The notes beneath the pieces were generated by a model. It was not told the origin of the DNA. It did not search any database and was given only the letters and a program-made list of their open reading frames with translations. A program made the translations under genes and the position numbers. From Gemmata obscuriglobus (GTDB lineage Bacteria; Planctomycetota; Planctomycetia; Gemmatales; Gemmataceae): a stretch of 32,000 bases of DNA. The stretch lies in NCBI RefSeq assembly GCF_008065095.1, contig NZ_CP042911.1, forward strand, positions 1,710,001 through 1,742,000, written 5' to 3'. Below, in pieces: positions 17,911 through 25,990 of the stretch (positions within the stretch are counted from its first letter, which is position 1; every line of letters begins with the position of its first letter).

Positions 17911-18039
17911 GGGTTCCCCTTTCCTGGGCCTCCGGTATAGCTTAACCGGCGGTCCAGTTTTCGGGGTCCACTATAAACATTCGTCTACTCCGAACGTACC
18001 ACCATCACCGCCCGGCCTACAAATTCGCGGAAAGTACAG

Positions 18040-18755
18040 CTGTTAAACGAGGTCGGGAAGCCCTTCTGGAGGGCGGAGCGTACGTTCCGTGACTCGCGAA
18101 GACCTTTTACCTGCTCTGATTGACTTTGGTCTGCATTTAACGATTCGAACGCATCGGCGATCTCTTTTGTCGCGAATTTCACGAAGGCGTCGTGCAACCG
18201 CTTGTCCGCCTTCACGGCTTTCGCCAGCTCCATTGCCTCTTTATCATTGTTTCTTGATAGATAGTCGTTTAGCTGCGTAACGACGCGCACGAACACCTGG
18301 AAGTCGGCATCGAGCAGCCCGATTACTTTCTCGTCGCCGAGCACTTCGGTGAGCGGGAAGGCGAGCTGGTGGAGCAGGTCGTTGATGAGCAAGTTGCGGA
18401 ACGTGGTAGGCAGCAGGTCGTCACCGAGTGCCGGCGTCAGGGTCATGGTGATTTCGGCGCCGTGGCCCTTGTCAGTGTGCTTCCCGGGCAACACTGAAAC
18501 GGGGATGCGGAACAATTGGAGCGAGTACCCGGGCGAGTCCGCCGTATCGTCGCCCTCGTTCGTCCGGCGTATCTGGGCGAGCAGATCCAAGTACCGCTTC
18601 TTTTGCTCAAAAACTCGCTCTGGTTCTAGGCCTATCTGGAGCTTCGTAGCGCTACCATCCTTACCAGTGAAAAAGGCCTGAAACCTGTTTGGGTCGAATG
18701 CGGTACCAGGCGGGGTGAAGAAAAAGTTCGGATCACTCGCTGCGGCAACTGTCAC
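18040..18755 (-). pseudogene. Hypothetical protein fragment truncated at its 3' end by the outer end of IS copy B; possibly continuous with 18782-19225 via a frameshift
   Basis: The ORF (V)TVAAASDPNFFFTPPGTAFDPNRF...LQKGFPTSFNS runs into the IS terminal repeat at 18039. The last 17 residues plus stop of the tracked ORF are IS-encoded. Confidence 0.55.
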
Positions 18756-18781
18756 GTTACCATCTTTATCAACACTCGACG

Positions 18782-19225
18782 TCAGACCAACCGGCAGCAG
18801 TTGCGGCGTTTTATCTTTTGTTGCTCCGAGCGAAGCCCTAAGGCCGTTGTACTCAGCGCGAACGCCTGATCGGATCGGGCAACCGATCCTTGTAGTGCTT
18901 CCTTGAACTGACCCAATTCCTTCAGCATCTCTTGCTCGAACTGCTCGCGGTAAAGGGTCAGCCGAGCCTGCCCCCAGACATCGGGCACCTTGGGAACTAC
19001 ACTGCCGTGCCAGTCGATGTGCTTCTCCACATGGTCCAGATCACCTGCTGCGGTCAGCACCGTCGGGTTGTGAAGAACCCGTGGAGCGAACACCGCTTTC
19101 GGGCAGTCGCCACCTTCGACACCATCCACGCATGGCGCCGGTTTAATGAGCGTCTGACACGCCGCCAGTGCGAGCGGGAACGCGACCACCGCACCTCGCC
19201 CGATCCGCCGTAATCCCGTTCTCAT
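18782..19225 (-). CDS. Putative lipoprotein (N-terminal part of the disrupted gene?)
   Basis: MRTGLRRIGRGAVVAFPLALAACQ is a signal peptide with a lipobox (LAAC). ATG lies at 19223-19225 with gggggа-like purines upstream. The ORF ends in implausible sequence (KIKRRNCCRLV*) while the neighbouring frame stays open. Confidence 0.5.
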   Translation of the reverse strand: MRTGLRRIGRGAVVAFPLALAACQTLIKPAPCVDGVEGGDCPKAVFAPRVLHNPTVLTAAGDLDHVEKHIDWHGSVVPKVPDVWGQARLTLYREQFEQEMLKELGQFKEALQGSVARSDQAFALSTTALGLRSEQQKIKRRNCCRLV

Positions 19226-19443
19226 GAGCGAATCCCCCGGTTTACCCATCCCATCTGGGCGATCCCGAACGATCGGGACACCGACCATGCTGGGCGACTA
19301 ACTGTCTCTGAAACGATCGACTTTTATGGTCGGTTGAATTGGAGGTATTGTGTGGGTTGTGAGCGTTCGAGATTGCGCTACTGGTCCGGTAATGTCTCAA
19401 GACCGTGTCGGTCACGTTTGTCCGCCATCTTCCTTTCGGGCGC

Positions 19444-19471
19444 TTGACTCGCCTGTACGCCGGGGGAGAAT
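19444..19471 (+). promoter_or_regulatory. Sigma-70-like promoter candidate for the aldehyde dehydrogenase gene
   Basis: TTGACT (19444-19449), 16-nt spacer, GAGAAT (19466-19471), about 36 nt upstream of GTG 19508. Pattern match only. Confidence 0.25.
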
Positions 19472-19507
19472 GGCGCCCGTGCCCGTCTTCTCTCCCGGAG
19501 CCTTCCC

Positions 19508-20992
19508 GTGTCCACCGCCACCGCGCCCGCGAAGCCCAGGCCCACCAAGCCCCGCGTCGCCGACCAGCAACTGCTGATCGGCGGGAAGTGGGTCGACAGC
19601 GTGTCCGGCAAAACGTTCGAGACCCTCGACCCGGCCAGCGGCGAGGTCATCTGCCGCGTGGCCGAGGGCGATAAGGCCGACATCGATTTGGCGGTGCGCG
19701 CCGCCCGGGCGGCGCTCGAGACCGGCCCCTGGGGGCGGATGAACGCCAGCGAGCGCGGGCGGCTCATCAACAAGCTCGCCGACGCGATCGAGGCGCACAA
19801 GGAGGAGCTGGCCGCGCTCGAGTCGCTCGACAACGGCAAGCCCATCGGCGACTCGCTCGCGGCCGACCTGCCGCTCTCGATCCAGTGCTACCGGTACTAC
19901 GCCGGCTGGGCGGACAAGGTGTTCGGCCAGACGCTGCCCATCAACGGCCCGTACTTCTGCTACACCCGGCACGAGCCGGTCGGCGTCGTCGGGCAGATCA
20001 TCCCCTGGAACTTCCCGCTCCTGATGCAGGCGTGGAAGTGGGGGCCGGCGCTCGCGTGCGGGAACACGATCGTCCTCAAGCCGGCGGAACAGACCCCGCT
20101 CACGGCCCTCCGCGTCGCGCAACTCGCACAGGAGGTCGGGTTCCCCGACGGCGTGGTGAACGTCGTGCCCGGGTTCGGCCCCACGGCGGGCGCGGCACTG
20201 TCGGGGCACATGGACGTGGACAAGATCGCGTTCACCGGCGAGACCGGCACCGGCAAGATCGTGATGACCGCGGCGGCGCAGTCGAACCTGAAGCGGGTGT
20301 CGCTCGAACTCGGCGGCAAGTCGCCCAACATCGTGTTCGCCGACGCCGACATGGACGCCGCGGTCGAGGGCGCGTACTTCGGGCTGTTCTTCAACCAGGG
20401 GCAGTGCTGCGTCGCCGGGTCGCGGTTGTTCGTGCAGGAGAGCGCGTACGACGAGTTCGTTCACAAGATCGTCGCGAAGGCGAAGGGGCGGAAGGTCGGC
20501 GACCCGTTCAGCACGGACACCGAGCAAGGCCCGCAGGTGAGCCAGGAGCAGTTCGACCGCGTCATGGGCTACATCGACGCCGGCCAGAAGGACGGGGCGA
20601 AAATGCTCGCCGGCGGCGGCCGGGTCGGTGAGAAGGGGTACTTCGTTCAGCCGACCGTGTTCACCGACGTGACCGACGAAATGAGGATCGCGAAGGAAGA
20701 GATCTTCGGCCCCGTGATGAGCATCCTGAAGTTCAAGGACACCGACGAGGTGCTCGCCCGCGGGAACCGCACGAACTACGGTCTGGCGGCGGCGGTGTGG
20801 ACCCGCGACATCGGCAAGGCGCTGCGGCTCTCGAACGGGCTCAAGGCCGGGACCGTGTGGGTCAACTGCTACGACGTGTTCGACGCCGGCGCCCCGTTCG
20901 GCGGGTTCAAAATGTCCGGCATCGGGCGCGAGCTGGGGCAGTACGCGCTCCAACTCTACACCGAGGTGAAGACGGTCACGATGGCGCTGTGA
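19508..20992 (+). CDS. NAD(P)+-dependent aldehyde dehydrogenase
   Basis: 494-aa ORF with ALDH hallmarks: [40 protein letters not shown], catalytic-Cys region [33 protein letters not shown]. Confidence 0.95.
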   Translation: MSTATAPAKPRPTKPRVADQQLLIGGKWVDSVSGKTFETLDPASGEVICRVAEGDKADIDLAVRAARAALETGPWGRMNASERGRLINKLADAIEAHKEELAALESLDNGKPIGDSLAADLPLSIQCYRYYAGWADKVFGQTLPINGPYFCYTRHEPVGVVGQIIPWNFPLLMQAWKWGPALACGNTIVLKPAEQTPLTALRVAQLAQEVGFPDGVVNVVPGFGPTAGAALSGHMDVDKIAFTGETGTGKIVMTAAAQSNLKRVSLELGGKSPNIVFADADMDAAVEGAYFGLFFNQGQCCVAGSRLFVQESAYDEFVHKIVAKAKGRKVGDPFSTDTEQGPQVSQEQFDRVMGYIDAGQKDGAKMLAGGGRVGEKGYFVQPTVFTDVTDEMRIAKEEIFGPVMSILKFKDTDEVLARGNRTNYGLAAAVWTRDIGKALRLSNGLKAGTVWVNCYDVFDAGAPFGGFKMSGIGRELGQYALQLYTEVKTVTMAL

Positions 20993-21004
20993 TGATCCGT
21001 GGGC

Positions 21005-21053
21005 GCAAGAGTCAAACGGCCGTTTCGTCGAGAAACGGCCGTTTGGCTCTTGC
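21005..21053 (+). terminator. Very strong stem-loop after the aldehyde dehydrogenase gene
   Basis: gcaagagtcaaacggccgtttc / gaaacggccgtttggctcttgc. 22 bp with 1 mismatch and loop gtcga. Confidence 0.6.
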
Positions 21054-21148
21054 GTCCGCAAATGCGGGACGGTAAGTTCGGAATCAGATCGCACGTTCGT
21101 CCGACTCGCACTCGCCTTTGCGTCCGTTACACATCACAGGGCTTTATC

Positions 21149-22060
21149 ATGAAGGCTCCGCCTCTCCCGCGGCGCGGGTTCACGCTCATCGAGCTGCTCG
21201 TTGTCATCGCGATTATTGCGATCCTGATCGGGCTCTTGCTACCGGCCGTTCAGAAGGTGCGCGAGGCCGCCGCGCGCATGAAGTGCTCCAACAACCTCAA
21301 GCAGTTCGGGCTGGCGATGCACGGGTACCACGACGCGGTCGGACAGTTCCCGATCGGCGCCCGCAACAACCCGCGCCAGACGTGGGTGATGTACCTGTGG
21401 CCGTACATCGAGCAGACCGCGCTGTCCAGCAAGATCGACTACAACACCCAGCAGTTCTACCTGCCGCCGGCGACCGTCGGCAACTCGATGAGCGGGCTGT
21501 GCGGCGCCCGGGTCGCCATCTACTACTGCCCGAGCGACGCCGGCTCGGACCTGAACTCGGCCAGCGCGTACTACCAGCGCGCCCGCGGCAACTACGTCGT
21601 GAACTGGGGCAACGCCCGGTACGACGCGGCCCCGCCCGCCCAGCTCGCGCCGTTCTACCACACCGGCGGGAACCGCGGCACGCCCGGCAAGGTGGTGATG
21701 ACCAGCATCAGCGACGGCACCTCCAACACGCTGATGCTGTCCGAAACGCTGATGACCAAGAGCCCGGACGACAACGACTGGCGGGGCGACATCCACAACG
21801 ACGACGGGGTGTTCAAGTTCATGACCATCACCACCCCCAACTCGTCCGCCCCGGACGTGGTGAACTGGGCCGTCGGGACCGACCCGATGATGCCGTACAC
21901 CACCTCCGGCTCGCAGTACAGCGCCGCCCGCAGCCGCCACACCGGCGGCGTGAACGCGGCCCTGTGCGACGGCAGCATCCGGTTCTTCTCGAACAGCACC
22001 ACGCTGAGCACGTGGTCCGCGATGGGGACCATGAACGGCGGCGAAGTGTTCTCCAACTAA
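21149..22060 (+). CDS. DUF1559 / H-X9-DG protein with a prepilin-type N-terminal cleavage/methylation domain
   Basis: ATG 21149. N-terminus: [46 protein letters not shown]-terminal H-X9-DG motif: [19 protein letters not shown]. Confidence 0.9.
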   Translation: MKAPPLPRRGFTLIELLVVIAIIAILIGLLLPAVQKVREAAARMKCSNNLKQFGLAMHGYHDAVGQFPIGARNNPRQTWVMYLWPYIEQTALSSKIDYNTQQFYLPPATVGNSMSGLCGARVAIYYCPSDAGSDLNSASAYYQRARGNYVVNWGNARYDAAPPAQLAPFYHTGGNRGTPGKVVMTSISDGTSNTLMLSETLMTKSPDDNDWRGDIHNDDGVFKFMTITTPNSSAPDVVNWAVGTDPMMPYTTSGSQYSAARSRHTGGVNAALCDGSIRFFSNSTTLSTWSAMGTMNGGEVFSN

Positions 22061-22075
22061 TAACCGGAGGCGGCG

Positions 22076-22492
22076 ATGCGCGTTCTACGATTCGCGGGTG
22101 CGGTCACGGCGTTCGCCGCGGCCGTCGCCCTGGTCGGGTGCTCCGACGGGCCGGAACTGGCCGACGTGTCGGGTACGGTGAGTTACGACGGCAAGCCGCT
22201 GGACGACGGGGCGATCACGTTCGTTCCGGCGGACGGCAAGGGGGGGACGGCCGGGGGCGTGATTAAAGACGGGAAGTACACCGCCGCGCGGGTGCCGATC
22301 GGGCACACGAAGGTCGTGATCTCGGGCAGCAAGGTGGTCGGCAAGAAGAAAGTCTACCCGACCCCCAACAGCCCGGAGATGCCCGTAACCGCCGAACTGC
22401 TGCCGCCGAAGTACAGCGACCCGGCCAAGACCGAACTGGCTCACGAGGTCAAGAGCGGCACGAACGAGAAAAACTGGGAATTGGGTAAGTGA
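22076..22492 (+). CDS. Lipoprotein with a carboxypeptidase-regulatory-like beta-sandwich (the usual DUF1559 partner)
   Basis: Lipobox: MRVLRFAGAVTAFAAAVALVGCS. This is followed by VSGTVSYDGKPLDDGAITFVPADGKGGTAGGVIKDGKYTA. The gene starts 15 nt after the DUF1559 stop. Confidence 0.75.
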   Translation: MRVLRFAGAVTAFAAAVALVGCSDGPELADVSGTVSYDGKPLDDGAITFVPADGKGGTAGGVIKDGKYTAARVPIGHTKVVISGSKVVGKKKVYPTPNSPEMPVTAELLPPKYSDPAKTELAHEVKSGTNEKNWELGK

Positions 22493-22498
22493 CGAACG

Positions 22499-22538
22499 CG
22501 CGTCCCCGAGTCGTTCTCGCTCTGGGACGCGGTTGATT
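22499..22538 (+). terminator. Stem-loop after the lipoprotein gene
   Basis: cgcgtccc (22499-22506) pairs with gggacgcg (22524-22531), with an inner cgag/ctcg pair, followed by gttgattg. Confidence 0.4.
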
Positions 22539-22618
22539 GACAATTCGCCGCGCGAGTCAACGGAGCGGGTACGGGGCGATCTTCTCTTTGGAGCCGGGGC
22601 GCACTAATTTCGTATACG

Positions 22619-22693
22619 CTAAAATTTCGGGTTGCTGAAGCGACGTCACGGGGAGTTCCTGCAAAAGCAGGGCGTTTCGACCCGAAAATTTAG
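22619..22693. other. 75-nt hairpin element with 14-bp perfect AT-rich arms (candidate sRNA or miniature inverted-repeat element)
   Basis: ctaaaatttcgggt (22619-22632) pairs with acccgaaaatttag (22680-22693). The interior carries cctgc-aaaa-gcagg (22648-22661). It lies in a convergent intergenic region. Confidence 0.5.
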
Positions 22694-22784
22694 TGTCGAC
22701 GGAGCGCTAGCGTCTGCGCGCGGATGGGCGCCCGCTGTCACGCTTCTTCGGGGCGTGGCAACGGGTGCCAGTGAACGCCGGCCG

Positions 22785-23747
22785 TTACTTCTTGGCGGTG
22801 TGCTTGCCGAGGAAGTTCCGCATGAGGGAAGCAATCTCGTCGCCGTGCGATTCGAGAGCGAAGTGACCGGCGTCGAGTAGGTGAAACTCCAGTGTCTTGA
22901 GGTCCCGCTTGTACGGCTCAGCCCCTTCGGCTGGGAAGATCTTGTCGTTCTTGCCCCAGGCGATCAGCACCGGCGGCTGGTGCTTACGGAAGTACTCTTG
23001 CCACTTCGGGTACAGCGGCGGGTTGCTGCCGTAGCTCAGGAACATGTCGAGCTGGATCTCGTCGTTCCCCTTACGGTCGAGCAAGAACTGGTCGTGGGCG
23101 GCCCCGTCCGGGCTGACCAGTTCGGGGTGCTTCAGTCCGTGCGTGTACTGCCATTTGGTCGCGTCGTAGGTGAGCAGGGCGCGGAGCGCGTCGCGCTTCT
23201 CTTTGTTGTTCGGGTCCTTCCAGCACGCCTTGACCGGCTTCCAGAACTCGTTGTCGAGTCCCTCTTCGTAAGCGTTGCCGTTCTGCACCACAATGGCCGT
23301 GATCCGCTCTGGGTGCGCGGCCGCCAGGCGATAACCCACCGGGGCGCCGTAGTCCTGCACGTACAGCGCGTACGTGTTGAGTTCGACCTTCGCGGTGAAC
23401 TCGTCGATCACCTTTGCTAAATTGTCGAACGTGTACGCGAACTTGTCCCGCGGCGGCATCGAGCTGTGGCCGTAGCCAGGGTAGTCCGGAGCGACGACGC
23501 GGTACTTGTCGCCGAGCGCCGGGATCAGGTTGCGGAACATCTGCGAGCTGGTCGGGAAGCCGTGCAGCAGCAGCACCGCGGGCGCATCTTTCGGGCCGGC
23601 CTCGCGGTAGAAGATGTCCAAATCGCCGACCTTCACCGTCTTGTGCTGCACTTTAACCGGCCGCAGGTCCGCCGCTGCTGCGGGCGCGCCGAGGACCAGC
23701 GCGGTAACCGCTGACAGGAACAGCATTGCTGAGCGCGTCATACTCAC
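22785..23747 (-). CDS. Secreted alpha/beta-fold hydrolase (epoxide hydrolase / haloalkane dehalogenase-like)
   Basis: Signal peptide: [26 protein letters not shown]. The HGFP oxyanion motif ([10 protein letters not shown]), nucleophile region VQDYGAP and C-terminal His region (DAGHFALE) are present. Confidence 0.9.
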   Translation of the reverse strand: MSMTRSAMLFLSAVTALVLGAPAAAADLRPVKVQHKTVKVGDLDIFYREAGPKDAPAVLLLHGFPTSSQMFRNLIPALGDKYRVVAPDYPGYGHSSMPPRDKFAYTFDNLAKVIDEFTAKVELNTYALYVQDYGAPVGYRLAAAHPERITAIVVQNGNAYEEGLDNEFWKPVKACWKDPNNKEKRDALRALLTYDATKWQYTHGLKHPELVSPDGAAHDQFLLDRKGNDEIQLDMFLSYGSNPPLYPKWQEYFRKHQPPVLIAWGKNDKIFPAEGAEPYKRDLKTLEFHLLDAGHFALESHGDEIASLMRNFLGKHTAKK

Positions 23748-24196
23748 CTCACAGAAAAGAACCGGGTTTGAAGGGTCCGATCGGTATTAGAAGCGGCGCA
23801 CCGCTGGCGCTCGTTCCCGACACGGCCGTGGGGCGTCCTGCCGGATCAAATCGAGCCGGGGCGACCCCTCAGTGGCGAACCTGGCGGCCAGCGTGAGGAT
23901 TTGAGTTCAGACGGCTGAGCTGCGCCCCGGGGCAAGCTCAGCCTCCCTCGGCCCTCGCTATTACCAAGCGTTGGGGCTGGACAACGATTTCGACCGGGGG
24001 TGTGATCCGGCTGGTGCGCACCTTCTGGTGACGATATCTTGAGTAATTTGTGGTGCGGGCGTCTTTAACGGCCACAATAGCGAGCGAAAGGCATGACATA
24101 GACAGGCGTGCCGGGAGGGTAGGTGTGGGGTGAGCTATCGGAGGCCGAAATTGCAAAGGTGATGTCCGTCACCTTCAGTCGGATGACGGGTTTTCT

Positions 24197-24277
24197 ATGA
24201 TGATAATAATGAATATAATATATATTTTAACTGTATGTTTAATTATTATTTTGTTAATATTGATATATTATAATTGA
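24197..24277 (+). CDS. Hypothetical 26-aa ultra-hydrophobic peptide ORF inside an AT-rich islet (speculative)
   Basis: atg atg ata ata atg aat ... aat tga gives MMIIMNIIYILTVCLIIILLILIYYN, read codon by codon. There is no convincing RBS. In AT-rich DNA an open frame of this length is only mildly unexpected. Confidence 0.2.
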   Translation: MMIIMNIIYILTVCLIIILLILIYYN

Positions 24278-24284
24278 TTCGCTA

Positions 24285-25669
24285 GATCACGTTGGCTGAA
24301 TCGACCTTCCACCAAGGCAGACGGTTCCCTGGTTTCACACATTGAGCGGGCGGCCCGCGTAGGTCCACTTGTAGGGCTTGGCTCGCGTCCGGTTGTAGTA
24401 CGCGATGTACGCCAGTATCTTCTCACGCAGGTCCGCCACCGAACGGAAGTTCCCTCGACGCAACATACGCCTGGCCAGCACGCGGAACCCGATCTCCACC
24501 TGGTTCCGCCACGACGTGTGCTTGGGCACGTACACGAAACGAACCCGGTGGCTCGCATCCGTCAGGAACGCCTTCCGCGTCGCCACCGACTTCAGAATGC
24601 CACTCTTCCCCTTCTCCCCCAGCGACTCCGCCGCGATCCCGCACAGCGACGCCACCCACAACACCAGCGTCGCCGAGGTGTGCGTCGTCAGGTTGTCCGC
24701 CACGAAGATCCACCCCGCCTCTGGGTCCGTCGCCACCGTCTGTTCGATGTGGGTGGCGAAGTCCTTCTCGCCCCGCGTCGCCTGAACCGTCGGGGCGATC
24801 GCCTGACCCGTTGCCACCGCGAAGTTCCCGATCAAGCACTGCGTCCCATGCCGCTTGTACTCGAACTCGACCTTTTCGGTCTGACCCGGCCGCATCGGCC
24901 GGGTCGGGGCGATCCGCTCCTTCGCCTGGACCCCCGTCATCTCGTCCACGCACACCGTGTGAACCCCGGCCTTCGACCGATCCGGGGCCGCCGGGTAGCA
25001 GTCGCACACCTCCCGGACGTGTTGGGCGAACGCCTCGGGATCCTTGGGGTTCGCGTTCAGCCAGTACCGACTCCGATGGGGCTGGAGTTCGGCACTTTTA
25101 AAAAGCGTCCGACGTGGCGGACGGAGATGGCCGGAACGATCCCGCGTGCCACGACCTCCTCGGCCAACTCGGCCGGGGTCCAGTGCGTCACGGGTCGGCC
25201 CGAATCCTCCGGCGGCTCACACGCGACCGCGATGATCCGGGCGATCGGGTCGGGAGCAAACGTCCCCGGGCAACCGGACCTGGGGTTGTCACTCAGGACA
25301 TCCTCGATCGCCGTCTCCAGGGCCGAGAGACCTTCGAGGCACTCGATGCGGACCAGGGTGTCGAAGACGTCCGCCCAGCGTCGCCGCCAGATCCCGACGG
25401 CGGGCCGCTCACACCCGAGTGGCTCGGCGATCGGTCCGTTCTGCAGGCGGTCGAAGGCGAGCAGGATGATCTCGGCTCGCTGTGCCAATCCCCGCGGGCA
25501 GGAGCGGGACCGAACCCACCGTTGGAGGATCTCTTGCTGCCGCTCCGTGATGACCACCTTGGCGGCCTTCCCTGGCATGACCGGCTCCGCACGGGGTGTC
25601 AATCTGGGATACCCCGCGAGGATGACGAAACTCCCGTCGTGATGGAAGGCCGATTCAGCCAGCCTGATC
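24285..25669 (-). mobile_element. IS630-family insertion sequence (1385 bp) flanked by TA in a CTAG target
   Basis: Imperfect ~30-bp IRs: GATCACGTTGGCTGAATCGACCTTCCACCA (24285-) versus the reverse complement of the right end, GATCAGGCTGGCTGAATCGGCCTTCCATCA (-25669). TA is at 24283-24284 and 25670-25671. Both junctions read CTAG. Confidence 0.8.
24335..25602 (-). CDS. IS630-family transposase; two frames joined by a -1 shift at T_TTA_AAA (25096-25102)
   Basis: HTH part: 25057-25602 (...SGRPVTHWTPAELAEEVVARGIVPAISVRHVGRFLK). The DDE part is in the -1 frame (SAELQPHRSRYWLNANPKDPEAF...VCVDEMTGVQ...IFVADNLTTH...VPKHTSWRNQVE). Frame phases were checked from the ORF coordinates. Confidence 0.8.
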
Positions 25670-25990
25670 TAGCGATCGAGAGTGATCGCCACCAACGAGC
25701 GACTGCGCATCCCAACCGGCACTCATGTCGCAGCAGATCAGCCAAAGCGAACAAGCACTTGATATTAGACGTGAGCTAAGGAGCCCAGCTTGAAGTTTGT
25801 TCCGCTTGCGAAGCGAGCGGTCGCCAAACCGTTCGGCCTCGCTGGGAGCGGAGGCCCGAAGCACCGCTCAAGAACTCGCCCGCACTGCAGGTTCGAATTG
25901 CGGGAAGTGTAGCGAATCGACGGGAATCAAAGCCGGTCGGTATCAGTTCGAGACTTGTCGTGATCGAGGAATTGAGACGTGTGCCAGGAG

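Larger units (their letters stand above)
16738..17978 (-). mobile_element. IS3-family insertion sequence nested in IS copy B
   Basis: Ends are tacagTGGACCCC... (16738-) and ...GGGGTCCActata (to about 17975), giving the TG...CA termini typical of IS3. It has an orfA/orfB arrangement. I could not identify an unambiguous TSD. Confidence 0.8.
15320..18039 (-). mobile_element. IS4/IS701-like insertion sequence, copy B (inverted relative to copy A), interrupted by an IS3-family element
   Basis: 15320-16737 plus 17979-18039 total 1479 bp, colinear with the reverse complement of copy A. All six-frame translations shared by the copies are identical. A 1241-bp insertion separates the outer 61 bp from the rest. 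Confidence 0.85.

Noticed and set aside
12321-18039. A simple model in which the region is either a clean composite transposon or a single inversion between the two IS copies.
   Set aside because: I compared the last and first bases of all four flanks (…catcaac | agcaacg… for copy A; …ggttccag | ctgttaaac… for copy B). They were tested in direct and reverse-complement pairings. No pairing gives matching duplications. The copy B flanks also differ in reading phase. An additional deletion or rearrangement is needed.
22632-22880. An 82-aa ORF in the convergent intergenic region that overlaps the 3' end of the hydrolase gene.
   Set aside because: It has no start context and overlaps the opposite-strand CDS end. 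Its sequence is unremarkable. The region is better explained by RNA/DNA structure (the hairpin at 22619-22693).
23938-24156. A 72-aa ORF in the long non-coding stretch upstream of the hydrolase gene.
   Set aside because: It has no recognisable motif, TM segment or signal, and poor start context. It was kept only as part of the note that 23748-24190 is unusually gene-free.
25879-25904. tRNA T-arm-like motif: cccgca-ctgcaGGTTCGAAT-tgcggg.
   Set aside because: Only a single 6-bp stem is present. There is no acceptor, D or anticodon arm around it, and it does not match the 3' end of the nearby tRNA-Arg. It is not a tRNA or an att repeat.
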